Below are positions 19,219 to 28,003 of a DNA stretch of 32,035 bases, piece after piece. Position numbers and translations under genes: made by a program. Position 1 is the stretch's first letter. Each line of letters starts with the position of its first letter. The stretch is taken from positions 1-32,035 of the forward strand of contig JAFGSQ010000043.1 of assembly GCA_016934535.1 (NCBI GenBank). The letters run 5' to 3'. This stretch comes from a candidate division WOR-3 bacterium. GTDB lineage: Bacteria; SDB-A. The notes beneath the pieces are model-generated. The model searched no databases. It was given only the letters and a program-made list of their open reading frames with translations, and was not told where the DNA came from.

Positions 19219-21564
19219 ATGAAAACGCTGTCGGTATTTTCTTTGCTGGCTCTGATGTTGTCAGTTTCAATTTCAGCGGAAGCGCTCTTTGAAGAACACA
19301 TTTTGTATCAAAATCTGGGAGGAGCCATATCAATTAACGGGTCTGATTTAAACGGAGACGGTTTCATAGACATAGTTTATTGTTCCTTTCTAAACAGTCA
19401 CATAAAGTGGCTCGAAAACGACGGCGGTCAGAATTTCACTTTTCACACAATCATTGAAGGATTCGCTAATCCGCGGGCTGTCGACACGGAGGACATTGAC
19501 GGGAACGGAACGACAGATATAGTCGCTTCAGGCAGAAACAAGATAAGCTGGTTCTCAAACGACGGCGCGGGAAATTTCACGGAGAACGTCATAACTACCG
19601 ACTGGTTCATAGTAAACGGTGTTCAGCTGACAGATGCGTTCACCGATTCAATAATTGACATAAACTCTGACGGGAAAGTAGACATACTCGCAACTTCCTG
19701 CACTTCAGGCGTGATGGGCTGGTTCGAAAACGACGGAGCGGGTAATTTCACTGAACACATAGTTAAAGACAACTGGACTCTTGTCAGTGAAGCCTCCTCC
19801 GCTGACATAGATTCTGACGGTGACCAGGACATATTCGCCGCGGCTCAGGCAAGCGGTATATGGTGGTTTGAAAACGACGGTTCAGAGAATTTTACCGAAC
19901 ATCTTATATTCAACGGCTGGGTAAAACCCAACAGAATTCAAGCAGGCGACATAGACGGGGATGGCGACGTTGATTTTGTGGCCGGATCGTGCGGGGCGAG
20001 CGCTGTGATCGGGTGGTTTGAAAACGACGGATCGGAAAATTTCACTTGCCATCCCCTCAGGACAGGATTCGGCGGGCCGAGAACTCCGATAGTAAAGGAT
20101 ATAGACGATGACGGCGACGTAGACATAATAGCCACGGCCTGGTCTTCTTCCATAACCGTTTATTTTGAAAACGACGGAAATCAAAATTTCGATCAGTACG
20201 TGATCAGCACCGACGCTTACGATCTTCTCGATATCGCAGTCGCCGACCTCGACTCAGACGGCGACAAGGATCTTTTGGGCGGCAGTGCCGAAGCCGCAGC
20301 AAACCATATCAGATGGTGGGAAAGCATAGATTCATTCGTCGTTGCTGATTTCACCAGCGACCTTTATTCTGGACACGCCCCTTTGACCGTACAATTTTCA
20401 GACATGACACGTGCCAAACCAGCGGTAAATTACTGGGCGTGGGATTTCGACTCCGACGGAACCATTGACTCATACGATGAAAATCCTTCGTGGATCTACA
20501 ACTCACCGGGAGTTTATTCGGTCACGTTGATTAGCTCAAATTCCCAGATTTCAGACACATGCATTGAGGACAGTCTGATTTCAGTTTTTGACGGCGAGAG
20601 CGCTCTAAGGTTTTTTACGGTTTACAGTTCTGCAATGTGTCCTTGTTCACCCGAAATAAACATCACGGATTCTTTGACTGTCGAAGCCTGGATATATCCT
20701 GTGAGCTGGGGATCAAACGCTTCACTTGGTTACGGAACGATACTTGATAAAACCAACTTTTCTTTGGTCCTTTTCAAAAATGTATACGGCAGAAACTGCC
20801 TTGCATTAAAATTAAAACACGAGGGAGGTGTCAACAGTCTGGCTGTTACACCCGATTCTTCTATACAACTCAACGGATGGCAGCATGTTGCGGCAACATA
20901 CAGTTATGCCGACAGCAGTGTAAGAATGTTCATAAACGGAGTTGAACAGTCACTTACACTTAATCCATCTCCATCCGGAAAGATTGCAGACAATGCCAAT
21001 TTGAATCTTTCTATCGGCTTGAATCAGGTAAACAACTTCAGATTCGACGGAATAATTGACGAAGTCCGGTTATGGAACATCGCCAGGACGCCTCAGGAAA
21101 TTCAAAACAGCATGGGAGCCTGCCTTTCTGGCAGTGAACTGGGCCTCGCCGGCTACTGGAAAATGAACGAAGCCAACGGAGACACTTTGTTTGACAACTC
21201 TCCAAACTCTGATCATTTCTCGCTTGTTGGAACAGAATGGGTACAGGGAACGCCATTTTACCCAACCGGAATCGAAGAAATCATATTTCCCGCATTTCCA
21301 GCCGAAGTCGTTTCAGATTTCAACTGCAGATGGACGGACGGATTCATCTTCAATTTCGATTTCAGACTTTCTGCAGACAAAGATGTATCCGTCTCTTTAT
21401 ACGACGTTCTCGGAAGAGAAGTAAGAAAAATTTCAAACGGCCACCTCGAAAGCGGAGTTCACGAGCTTTCGCTAAACATGTCGCCTCATCCGGCTGGACA
21501 GTACTTTTTAGTTATAAATACAAACAACACGGTTTTCTCCAAAAAAATTGCCCTGTTCAGATAG
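19219..21564 (+). CDS. Secreted FG-GAP/VCBS repeat protein with PKD, LamG-like and T9SS-type C-terminal domains
   Basis: AAGGAGG RBS, signal peptide; repeated D.DGDGD.D and W(F/L)ENDG..NF units; G.APLTVQF.D..WAWDFD PKD; TVEAWI..WQHVAATY..F.G.IDEVRLW LamG; YDVLGREV..GQYF CTD. Confidence 0.9.
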   Translation: MKTLSVFSLLALMLSVSISAEALFEEHILYQNLGGAISINGSDLNGDGFIDIVYCSFLNSHIKWLENDGGQNFTFHTIIEGFANPRAVDTEDIDGNGTTDIVASGRNKISWFSNDGAGNFTENVITTDWFIVNGVQLTDAFTDSIIDINSDGKVDILATSCTSGVMGWFENDGAGNFTEHIVKDNWTLVSEASSADIDSDGDQDIFAAAQASGIWWFENDGSENFTEHLIFNGWVKPNRIQAGDIDGDGDVDFVAGSCGASAVIGWFENDGSENFTCHPLRTGFGGPRTPIVKDIDDDGDVDIIATAWSSSITVYFENDGNQNFDQYVISTDAYDLLDIAVADLDSDGDKDLLGGSAEAAANHIRWWESIDSFVVADFTSDLYSGHAPLTVQFSDMTRAKPAVNYWAWDFDSDGTIDSYDENPSWIYNSPGVYSVTLISSNSQISDTCIEDSLISVFDGESALRFFTVYSSAMCPCSPEINITDSLTVEAWIYPVSWGSNASLGYGTILDKTNFSLVLFKNVYGRNCLALKLKHEGGVNSLAVTPDSSIQLNGWQHVAATYSYADSSVRMFINGVEQSLTLNPSPSGKIADNANLNLSIGLNQVNNFRFDGIIDEVRLWNIARTPQEIQNSMGACLSGSELGLAGYWKMNEANGDTLFDNSPNSDHFSLVGTEWVQGTPFYPTGIEEIIFPAFPAEVVSDFNCRWTDGFIFNFDFRLSADKDVSVSLYDVLGREVRKISNGHLESGVHELSLNMSPHPAGQYFLVINTNNTVFSKKIALFR

Positions 21565-21611
21565 ATGATTCATAATTAACCGGACGGAAACAATATTTAT
21601 AAAGGACATCA

Positions 21612-22217
21612 ATGAACAGAAGACAAAGAGAAATGGAACATAGAAGAGAGACGATGCTCAAAACGGCAAAAGAGCTTTTTCTTAAAAGAGGCTATGATGC
21701 CGTTTCTTTGGGTGAAATCGCCGAAAAGGCTGAATTCTCGAGAATAACCATGTATTCGTACTTCAAGGGCAAGGCGGATCTTCTGGTCGCGGTTATTGCC
21801 GAAGCCTTCATGGACGAAATCATTAAATACGGCCAAATGCTTAAAGACACGGATTCAAATTACGAAAAACTAAAAAAGTACGGCATTCACGAATATAAAA
21901 TTTTCAGACAATACCCGGGATTCCACATATTGATTGTCAGGTTCAGGCAGTACAGACTTGAAAAAGAAAACATTTCAGAAAGAAATATAAAACTGCTGAA
22001 CGATAGCGATGAAATAGCATCAAAACTGTTTTTCGAAATACTGACCGATGGCATAAAGAAAGGAGAATTCAGAGAGGATCTCGACATAGAGCTTTCCCGA
22101 CATTTTTTTTCAAAAGCCGTCTTCGCTATTGTTCACCCGTACGTTTTTAAAACAGAAAAAGATTTGTCTAAACTCGAAAATGAACTCGATTATCTGCTGA
22201 GGGCTTTCATTAAGTGA
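21612..22217 (+). CDS. TetR/AcrR family transcriptional regulator
   Basis: A.ELF..RGY..VSL.EIA..A.FSR.T.Y.YF..K HTH; C-terminal G...GEFR. Confidence 0.95.
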   Translation: MNRRQREMEHRRETMLKTAKELFLKRGYDAVSLGEIAEKAEFSRITMYSYFKGKADLLVAVIAEAFMDEIIKYGQMLKDTDSNYEKLKKYGIHEYKIFRQYPGFHILIVRFRQYRLEKENISERNIKLLNDSDEIASKLFFEILTDGIKKGEFREDLDIELSRHFFSKAVFAIVHPYVFKTEKDLSKLENELDYLLRAFIK

Positions 22218-22355
22218 TTCCAGTGACTTAATAGCACTCTTTAAAATGTTTTATAAACGAAACACCTTTTGTGAAACAAGTGTTTCTTAAGAATAAAATA
22301 AATGGAATAAAATCCTCCCGGAAAAGGTAAGATTTGAAAATAACCGGAGGGGAAA

Positions 22356-23837
22356 ATGATTTCAAAAAATTCTATGTCGCCTAAAATGGCTGTTTTTGTG
22401 TTGTTTTTGTTTGTGGGGATTGATATCGTCGCCTCAACCGGTCAAATCGGCGAATTCTTAACAAATCTGCAAACAAGCTTTATTTACGAACCGTTGTCCG
22501 ATGAAATGAGCGGCGCTCCCTGTGTTTTGAAGGATCCTTCCGAATATGCCGGCTATAGACCGGCCACTTTCAGAACATCAGACGGAATGAAAGGCTGGTC
22601 TCTTCAGTTGCCGGAAGGATTCCCTCTTGCGACGCCGGCTTATGACGACGGAATTCTTTTTGTCGGAGGCGGGTTCGGATCCTATTCATTTTATGCGGTA
22701 AACGCCGAAAACGGCAGGATAAAATGGGCGGTAAACACCGGAGACGACGGCCCGACTGCCGCCGTTGTTAAAAACGGAATCGTCGTTTTCAACACTGAAT
22801 CATGCGTGATTTACGCTTTGAAAGCCCGTGACGGTCAAGACGTCTGGCACAGGTGGCTTGGTGATCCCCTAATGAGCCAACCCGCTATATCAGGAAGAAA
22901 AGTCTTTATGGCGTATCCGGGTGCGAACGGCCATGTTCTGGCCTGCTTTGACCTTTTCACGGGAGTAAACTATTGGAACAAAAGCATCGTCTCCGACATA
23001 ATATCGGCTCCTGTCGTCTGCGACAGCGAAATATACCTATCGACCTTCGACGGCATGGTGTATTGCTATAAAACTAAAGACGGAGAAGAACTCTGGAGAG
23101 AAAACTACAACGCCAGCTCTGCTCCCTGGATATACGGCGACAAAATTTACACGAGCATGAGGCAGGACGAAGAGATTTTGGACAAAACAGGTACCTCCTT
23201 CATTCAAAGATTTGAAGGCTTGGGATACTTCGAAAGAGGCAGCGGAAGACAGATCAACGAGACTCCCATAAATTACATGACAGCAGATTACTTAAACGCC
23301 GACAGGACATCCGCGTCGGGGCAGCAGCAGGCAGATCTTGACGCCCAGGTAGGTTTCTCATCAACTCCTTCGACCGCTCAACTCGGGCTTGCCGAGGAAA
23401 ACGTTGGGGTTTTTTCCGTATCGGGTGCCTGGTCCTACCAGGGATCAAGACCCCTGATATACGATTCCGACCTCTTCAGCGCTCAGGGTGACGTGGTAAC
23501 CAGAAACGATCCGGAGTCCGGAGAAATGATTTGGCAGTATGAGTATCAGGACACTCTTGAATGCGGGAGAGCTCTGACTCCTCCAGCCATCGTCAATGAT
23601 AAAATATTTGTTGGAAGCAGTACGGGCGAGATTCTTTGCCTGGACGCCGGCAATGGAAACCTGTTATGGAGTTACAACTGCGGCGAACCGATTGTTTTTC
23701 AGCCTTCAGTCATGGATGGAAAGATTTTCTGGGGCACCACCCTGGGTAAAATCTTCTGTCTGGAAACAGGCGATGAAGACAACACAGGATGGGCGATGTG
23801 GGGTGGTAACAGCGAGCACAATGGCTGGGTGGAATGA
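22356..23837 (+). CDS. Secreted PQQ-binding-like beta-propeller (BamB-like repeats) protein
   Basis: GGAGG RBS; N-terminal hydrophobic signal; repeated A.....G...W tryptophan-docking motifs. Confidence 0.88.
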   Translation: MISKNSMSPKMAVFVLFLFVGIDIVASTGQIGEFLTNLQTSFIYEPLSDEMSGAPCVLKDPSEYAGYRPATFRTSDGMKGWSLQLPEGFPLATPAYDDGILFVGGGFGSYSFYAVNAENGRIKWAVNTGDDGPTAAVVKNGIVVFNTESCVIYALKARDGQDVWHRWLGDPLMSQPAISGRKVFMAYPGANGHVLACFDLFTGVNYWNKSIVSDIISAPVVCDSEIYLSTFDGMVYCYKTKDGEELWRENYNASSAPWIYGDKIYTSMRQDEEILDKTGTSFIQRFEGLGYFERGSGRQINETPINYMTADYLNADRTSASGQQQADLDAQVGFSSTPSTAQLGLAEENVGVFSVSGAWSYQGSRPLIYDSDLFSAQGDVVTRNDPESGEMIWQYEYQDTLECGRALTPPAIVNDKIFVGSSTGEILCLDAGNGNLLWSYNCGEPIVFQPSVMDGKIFWGTTLGKIFCLETGDEDNTGWAMWGGNSEHNGWVE

Positions 23838-23847
23838 AAGCGCCGAT

Positions 23848-24876
23848 TTAAACCAGTTCGATTTTTCCTTCTCTGTCGGTAAATCTGCCTATCACGCTGG
23901 CTTTCAATCCTTTTTCGACGAGATCTTCCACGTAATTATCAGCATCGGACAGAGCCATAAGAAGCCCTCCCGATGTCTGGGGGTCGAAAAGGACTTCAAA
24001 TATCAGATCGTCAATTCCGCCTTTTATGTTCACGGAGCATCCGTAGGCTTTTTTGTTCGCGCCTCCTCCCCCCGGTATCATGCCCGAAGAGGCGTGATCG
24101 AGTACCGAAGAAAAAAGCGGCACCATACATGTTTGAACCTCAGCTCCCGTACCTGAACCTGTTATCATCTCTCTCAGATGACCAATCAGTCCAAATCCAG
24201 TGACGTCAGTACAGGCGCTCGGAGAATATTTTTTTGCCGTCTCCGCGGCTATCATATTCAGCGCGGACATCGATGCGACTATCTCTTTGACGTCGGCTTC
24301 AGAGGCTATTCCGGCTTTAATGGCGGTAGAAATTATCCCCGTGCCCAGCGGTTTGGTCAAAACCAAACTGTCGCCGGCTTTCGGAGTGTTGTTCTTCCAC
24401 AACTTTGACGGATGGACTTGACCGGTGACGGACAGTCCGAACTTCAGCTCTTTATCTTCTATCGAATGCCCTCCGACAAGAAATGCGCCGGACTCATCCA
24501 CTGCGCTCATAGCACCCTTGAGTATTTCTATGAAAACCGCATTTTCGAGCTTTCCGACGGGGAAACAGCACACGTTCAGGACAGTCAAAGGAGTACCCCC
24601 CATCGCGTATATGTCGCTCAGAGAATTTGCCGCCGCTATTCTGCCAAACGAAAAAGGGTCGTCCACTATAGGAGTAATGAAATCAATGGTCTGAACGAGA
24701 GCCGTCTCTCCGTTAAGGATATAGATGCCGGCGTCGTCAGAGCTCTCAATGCCTGCCAGGACACGGGAGTCTTTTCTGACGTCCAGTTTTTTAAGCAAAT
24801 CGCTCAGGTCGCACGGACCTATTTTGGCAGCTCAACCGGCTTTTTCAGAGAAATTAGTCAAATAGATTTTTTCCAT
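23848..24876 (-). CDS. selD: Selenide, water dikinase (selenophosphate synthetase), Sec-containing, 342 aa
   Basis: ATG at 24876 with AGAGG RBS gives MEKIYLTNFSEKAG-U(TGA 24834-32)-AAKIGP, in frame with DDAG, QTIDFITP, AAAN.LSD.YAMGG, GGHS, DVTGFGL.GH and DPQTSGGLL motifs. Confidence 0.96.
24806..24820 (-). promoter_or_regulatory. Bacterial SECIS-like hairpin of selD
   Basis: Minus strand AGGTC-CGTGC-GACCT; stem starts 11 nt and loop 16 nt after the UGA; G at loop position 2. Confidence 0.75.
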
Positions 24877-24886
24877 TTTTTCCTCT

Positions 24887-25117
24887 TTACAACTTACGGA
24901 TGTCTTTGATTTCTACAGCCGATCGGTTAACTTCCTCCTTCACTTTCTCGTAATCCTCCCACGAAAATCTCAGGCTCGTTCCACAGTCTGAATCCAAATG
25001 GCGCGGAGTAGGAACCAGTTTTGTCCGGACATTCTTTGTACGGAGTATACTCTCAAGTTTGAAAGCCGATGACACCGAATGAAATAACACGACGCCAAAT
25101 AATTCGCTGTCAGGCAC
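24887..25117 (-). CDS. DUF3343 family protein (putative Se/S carrier)
   Basis: FHSVSSA.K.E..L......LVPTPR.L.SDCG..LR motif; likely GTG start at 25117 overlapping the csd stop. Confidence 0.88.
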   Translation of the reverse strand: MPDSELFGVVLFHSVSSAFKLESILRTKNVRTKLVPTPRHLDSDCGTSLRFSWEDYEKVKEEVNRSAVEIKDIRKL

Positions 25118-26279
25118 TTTTACACCTTCCGGCAATTTCAGTGATCGCTTTGACGGTGTAATCAATTTCGTCTTCTCCCGTAAAATACCCCGGCGCCAGG
25201 CGTATAGTTCCGTCCGGATACGTGCCTATGGTCCTGTGGCAGGAAGGACTGCAGTGCAATCCCACTCTCGATTGTATTCCGTATTTTTCGTCGAGTATGC
25301 CTCCCGCTTCGCTTACGCTTACACCGTCTATAGTCACCGAAAAAGTTCCGGACTGCTTTTGAGGCGAAAATGATTTGTAAACTTTCACCTCTTGTATTTC
25401 TTCGAGTTGTTGGGTAAACCTTAAAAATTTTTTTCTGGCGCCGTTTAGAATATTTTTCAAGCCGGTTTTTTTTACCCATCTAAGGCCGGCTAAAAGTCCG
25501 GCCGCTCCAACCGCGTTCATAGTCCCGCTTTCGAGTTTGTCGGGGAAAAAATTGGGCTGACATTCTTCAACAGAAAAACTTCCCGTTCCTCCTCTTTTCA
25601 GCGGCCTCATTTTTTTTTCGTCCACTTTGTTTCCTACGAGAAGAGCTCCGATACCCATGGGGCCGTAGAGCAGTTTATGCCCTGTCACAGCCAGAAGATC
25701 TATGTTCATTTTATGCATGTCAATTTCGAATTCACCCGCGCTCTGAGCGGCATCGACGAGGAAAAGCAATCCGTGTTCACGCGTTATTGCGCCTATCTCT
25801 TCGACCGGCGCAATCGATCCTATAACGTTTGAACAGTGATTTACGATGAACATTTTCGTGTTCTTGTTTATCGCTTTTTCGAAATCCCTGGGATCAATTT
25901 CACCTTGCTCCGAAGCCTGCAACGCAGTGTACTCGACGGATTTTATTTCTCTCAAATAATTAAGAGGCCTCATGACTGCGTTGTGTTCGAGAGAGGTCGT
26001 CACAACGTGGTCTCCCGGATCCAGCAGTCCGAAAAGTACGGTGTTTATTGATTCTGTAGCATTCAATGTAAAAACCACTCTCAACGGATCTTTCAAACCG
26101 AAGAAACCCGCCATCTCTTCGCGGCATTCGTAAGCCATGCGTCCTGCCTCAACCGACATCCGGTGCGAACCCCTCGACGGACTGGATCCGGGATATTCCA
26201 TGAAAGCCCTCACGGCCTCGATAACTTCAGGCGGTTTCGGCCACGAAGTTGCTGAATTGTCCAGATAAATCAGGTTCAT
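25110..26279 (-). CDS. Cysteine desulfurase/selenocysteine lyase-like PLP enzyme (aminotransferase class V)
   Basis: IYLDNSATSWPKP, EHNAV.RP, DAAQSAG, TGHK (PLP lysine), RVGLHC catalytic motif. Confidence 0.93.
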   Translation of the reverse strand: MNLIYLDNSATSWPKPPEVIEAVRAFMEYPGSSPSRGSHRMSVEAGRMAYECREEMAGFFGLKDPLRVVFTLNATESINTVLFGLLDPGDHVVTTSLEHNAVMRPLNYLREIKSVEYTALQASEQGEIDPRDFEKAINKNTKMFIVNHCSNVIGSIAPVEEIGAITREHGLLFLVDAAQSAGEFEIDMHKMNIDLLAVTGHKLLYGPMGIGALLVGNKVDEKKMRPLKRGGTGSFSVEECQPNFFPDKLESGTMNAVGAAGLLAGLRWVKKTGLKNILNGARKKFLRFTQQLEEIQEVKVYKSFSPQKQSGTFSVTIDGVSVSEAGGILDEKYGIQSRVGLHCSPSCHRTIGTYPDGTIRLAPGYFTGEDEIDYTVKAITEIAGRCKSA

Positions 26280-26280
26280 T

Positions 26281-26505
26281 TTATTTCGACAATTTTACCC
26301 TGAATTCGCCCCCGTTTGAAACTTCAATTTCTGTTTTAAATCCTTTTTTTTCAGCCGCCCTCCTGACGTTGTCCCTCGACGTAGTCGTGTCTACCAAGAC
26401 GATTATCGACCCTTCTTCGAATTTCTTTATGGCGGAAAGAGTTTCGAGAACCGGCTGCGGGCATGATAAGCCCCGGGCGTCTACAATCATATCTTCCATT
26501 TTCAT
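26281..26505 (-). CDS. TusA/SirA (YedF-like) sulfur/selenium transferase
   Basis: VDARGLSCPQPV motif, 74 aa; ATGA overlap with the yedE stop. Confidence 0.93.
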   Translation of the reverse strand: MKMEDMIVDARGLSCPQPVLETLSAIKKFEEGSIIVLVDTTTSRDNVRRAAEKKGFKTEIEVSNGGEFRVKLSK

Positions 26506-27632
26506 TCTCCTTTTTTTATTTTCAGGCTTTTCATAGTAAAACCTACAAACAGGCAGAACAACAACCCCATGATTACGGCGTATTTCCCGAAAAGCCCCGG
26601 ACCTCCCACTAAGATCGTCCCTGCTTCGCTCAATTTATCGGGAGACGACGCGAGCAGGAAATTGTGAGAAAATCCCGCGCCGACTATCATGCCCGCGATA
26701 AAAACGCCGGCGTCCTGGTCTCCTTCTCCCGAAAGAAACAACTGCCTTCCCGGGCATCCGCCGGCCAGAGCGAAAGCAAGACCTGCAAGAGCCATGCCGA
26801 GAAAATTCCAGACATGAGATGAATGCGAAACCGGCTGAAGAACGAATCCGGCGTGGAACTGTTTTAATATTATGTTCGTGACCAAAGCGGTTAATACCAG
26901 AGCCGTTACGCCACTCATGAGGTGCCAGTCCTTTATGAGAACGACGTCTCTGACCGCACCCATCGTGCAGAATCTCGACCTCTGGGCTAAAAATCCTATT
27001 AAAAGACCTGCACCCAGGGATATCAGAACAGGTGCGAATATAGAACCGGGCCCGGTTTCGCTGAAGAATATCGGCGCTCCTTCGCCGAAAGAAACTCTGA
27101 AAATGAGAAAAAGAAAAAGAGCTATCATGAAAATAGGAAAAACGAGTCCGCCGGCGTATGAAGTTTTGACGCTTTTCCCAAGAGAATAACCTTTCTTTAA
27201 AAATATTGACCCTGCGACTACTCCTGAAAAAAGTCCCAGTATGCCTGATATTGCGTTGCCGTCGCCGGCTGACAGCCTTAAAAGAGCTCTCCAGGGACAA
27301 CCCAGGAATACCAGAGCACCTATCATCGCGAACATTCCGAGGAAAAATCTTACGAGAGGAGAAGATCCTCCCCTCGGCTTGAATTCCCTGAAAATCAGCG
27401 CCGATGCCATCGCGCCAAGAACGAAGCCTATTATCTCGGGGCGGATGTACTGGACAGCTGCGTTCCTGTGAAGCCCGAGCGCTCCTGCTATGTCCCTTTC
27501 GAAACATGCGACGCAGACTCCCATGTTGGCGGGGTTGCCAAATTTCTGCAGGAGGACTGCGACTAATCCTATTACCGCCCCTGATATCACGATCCCAGGT
27601 TTTGACGAGAAAAATTTCGTTATTCTGGCCAC
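26502..27632 (-). CDS. yedE: YedE family putative selenium transporter (YeeE/YedE)
   Basis: GNP.NMG.C.ACF.RD, GCP (twice), QRSRFC motifs; TM-rich; first gene of the selD operon. Confidence 0.9.
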   Translation of the reverse strand: MARITKFFSSKPGIVISGAVIGLVAVLLQKFGNPANMGVCVACFERDIAGALGLHRNAAVQYIRPEIIGFVLGAMASALIFREFKPRGGSSPLVRFFLGMFAMIGALVFLGCPWRALLRLSAGDGNAISGILGLFSGVVAGSIFLKKGYSLGKSVKTSYAGGLVFPIFMIALFLFLIFRVSFGEGAPIFFSETGPGSIFAPVLISLGAGLLIGFLAQRSRFCTMGAVRDVVLIKDWHLMSGVTALVLTALVTNIILKQFHAGFVLQPVSHSSHVWNFLGMALAGLAFALAGGCPGRQLFLSGEGDQDAGVFIAGMIVGAGFSHNFLLASSPDKLSEAGTILVGGPGLFGKYAVIMGLLFCLFVGFTMKSLKIKKGE

Positions 27633-28003
27633 GCTTCACTCCCTTCCATTCTTAACGGTTCTCGATTTATTAAATTTCATTTTTGGAGATAAATACAATC
27701 CTCTGACAAGAGGTGGAATACAAAAAAGCGGGATTATTGAAAAATCAGGATAAATTCTCGGGTGAGAAAACAGCGCAGAAAACATTTTCGGGGTTTTCTT
27801 TTCGGACCAAACTGGTCTTTGTTCTGTTTCCTCAAAAACGCGGATATAATATTGATTTTATAACCATAAAAAGATTATTAAACATTTCTGTGATTCAAGT
27901 CAAATGATAATTTTTGATTTACTTTTATATAACGAACGTATAAACTGTATTTCCCTGGTCTGACAGATTCTCTTAAAAATTTCAGTAAAGGACGCATAAA
28001 AGA

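Noticed and set aside
19400-20330. Recurring TGG.T.GAAAACGACGG DNA repeats as a possible CRISPR or tandem array
   Set aside because: They are degenerate, in frame and encode the WFENDG units of FG-GAP repeats
26635-27639. 334-aa alternative-frame ORF overlapping yedE
   Set aside because: Arg/Ser-rich shadow frame with no recognisable motif; yedE explains the region
27713-27907. 64-aa ORF upstream of typA
   Set aside because: No motif or RBS; lies in a divergent promoter region
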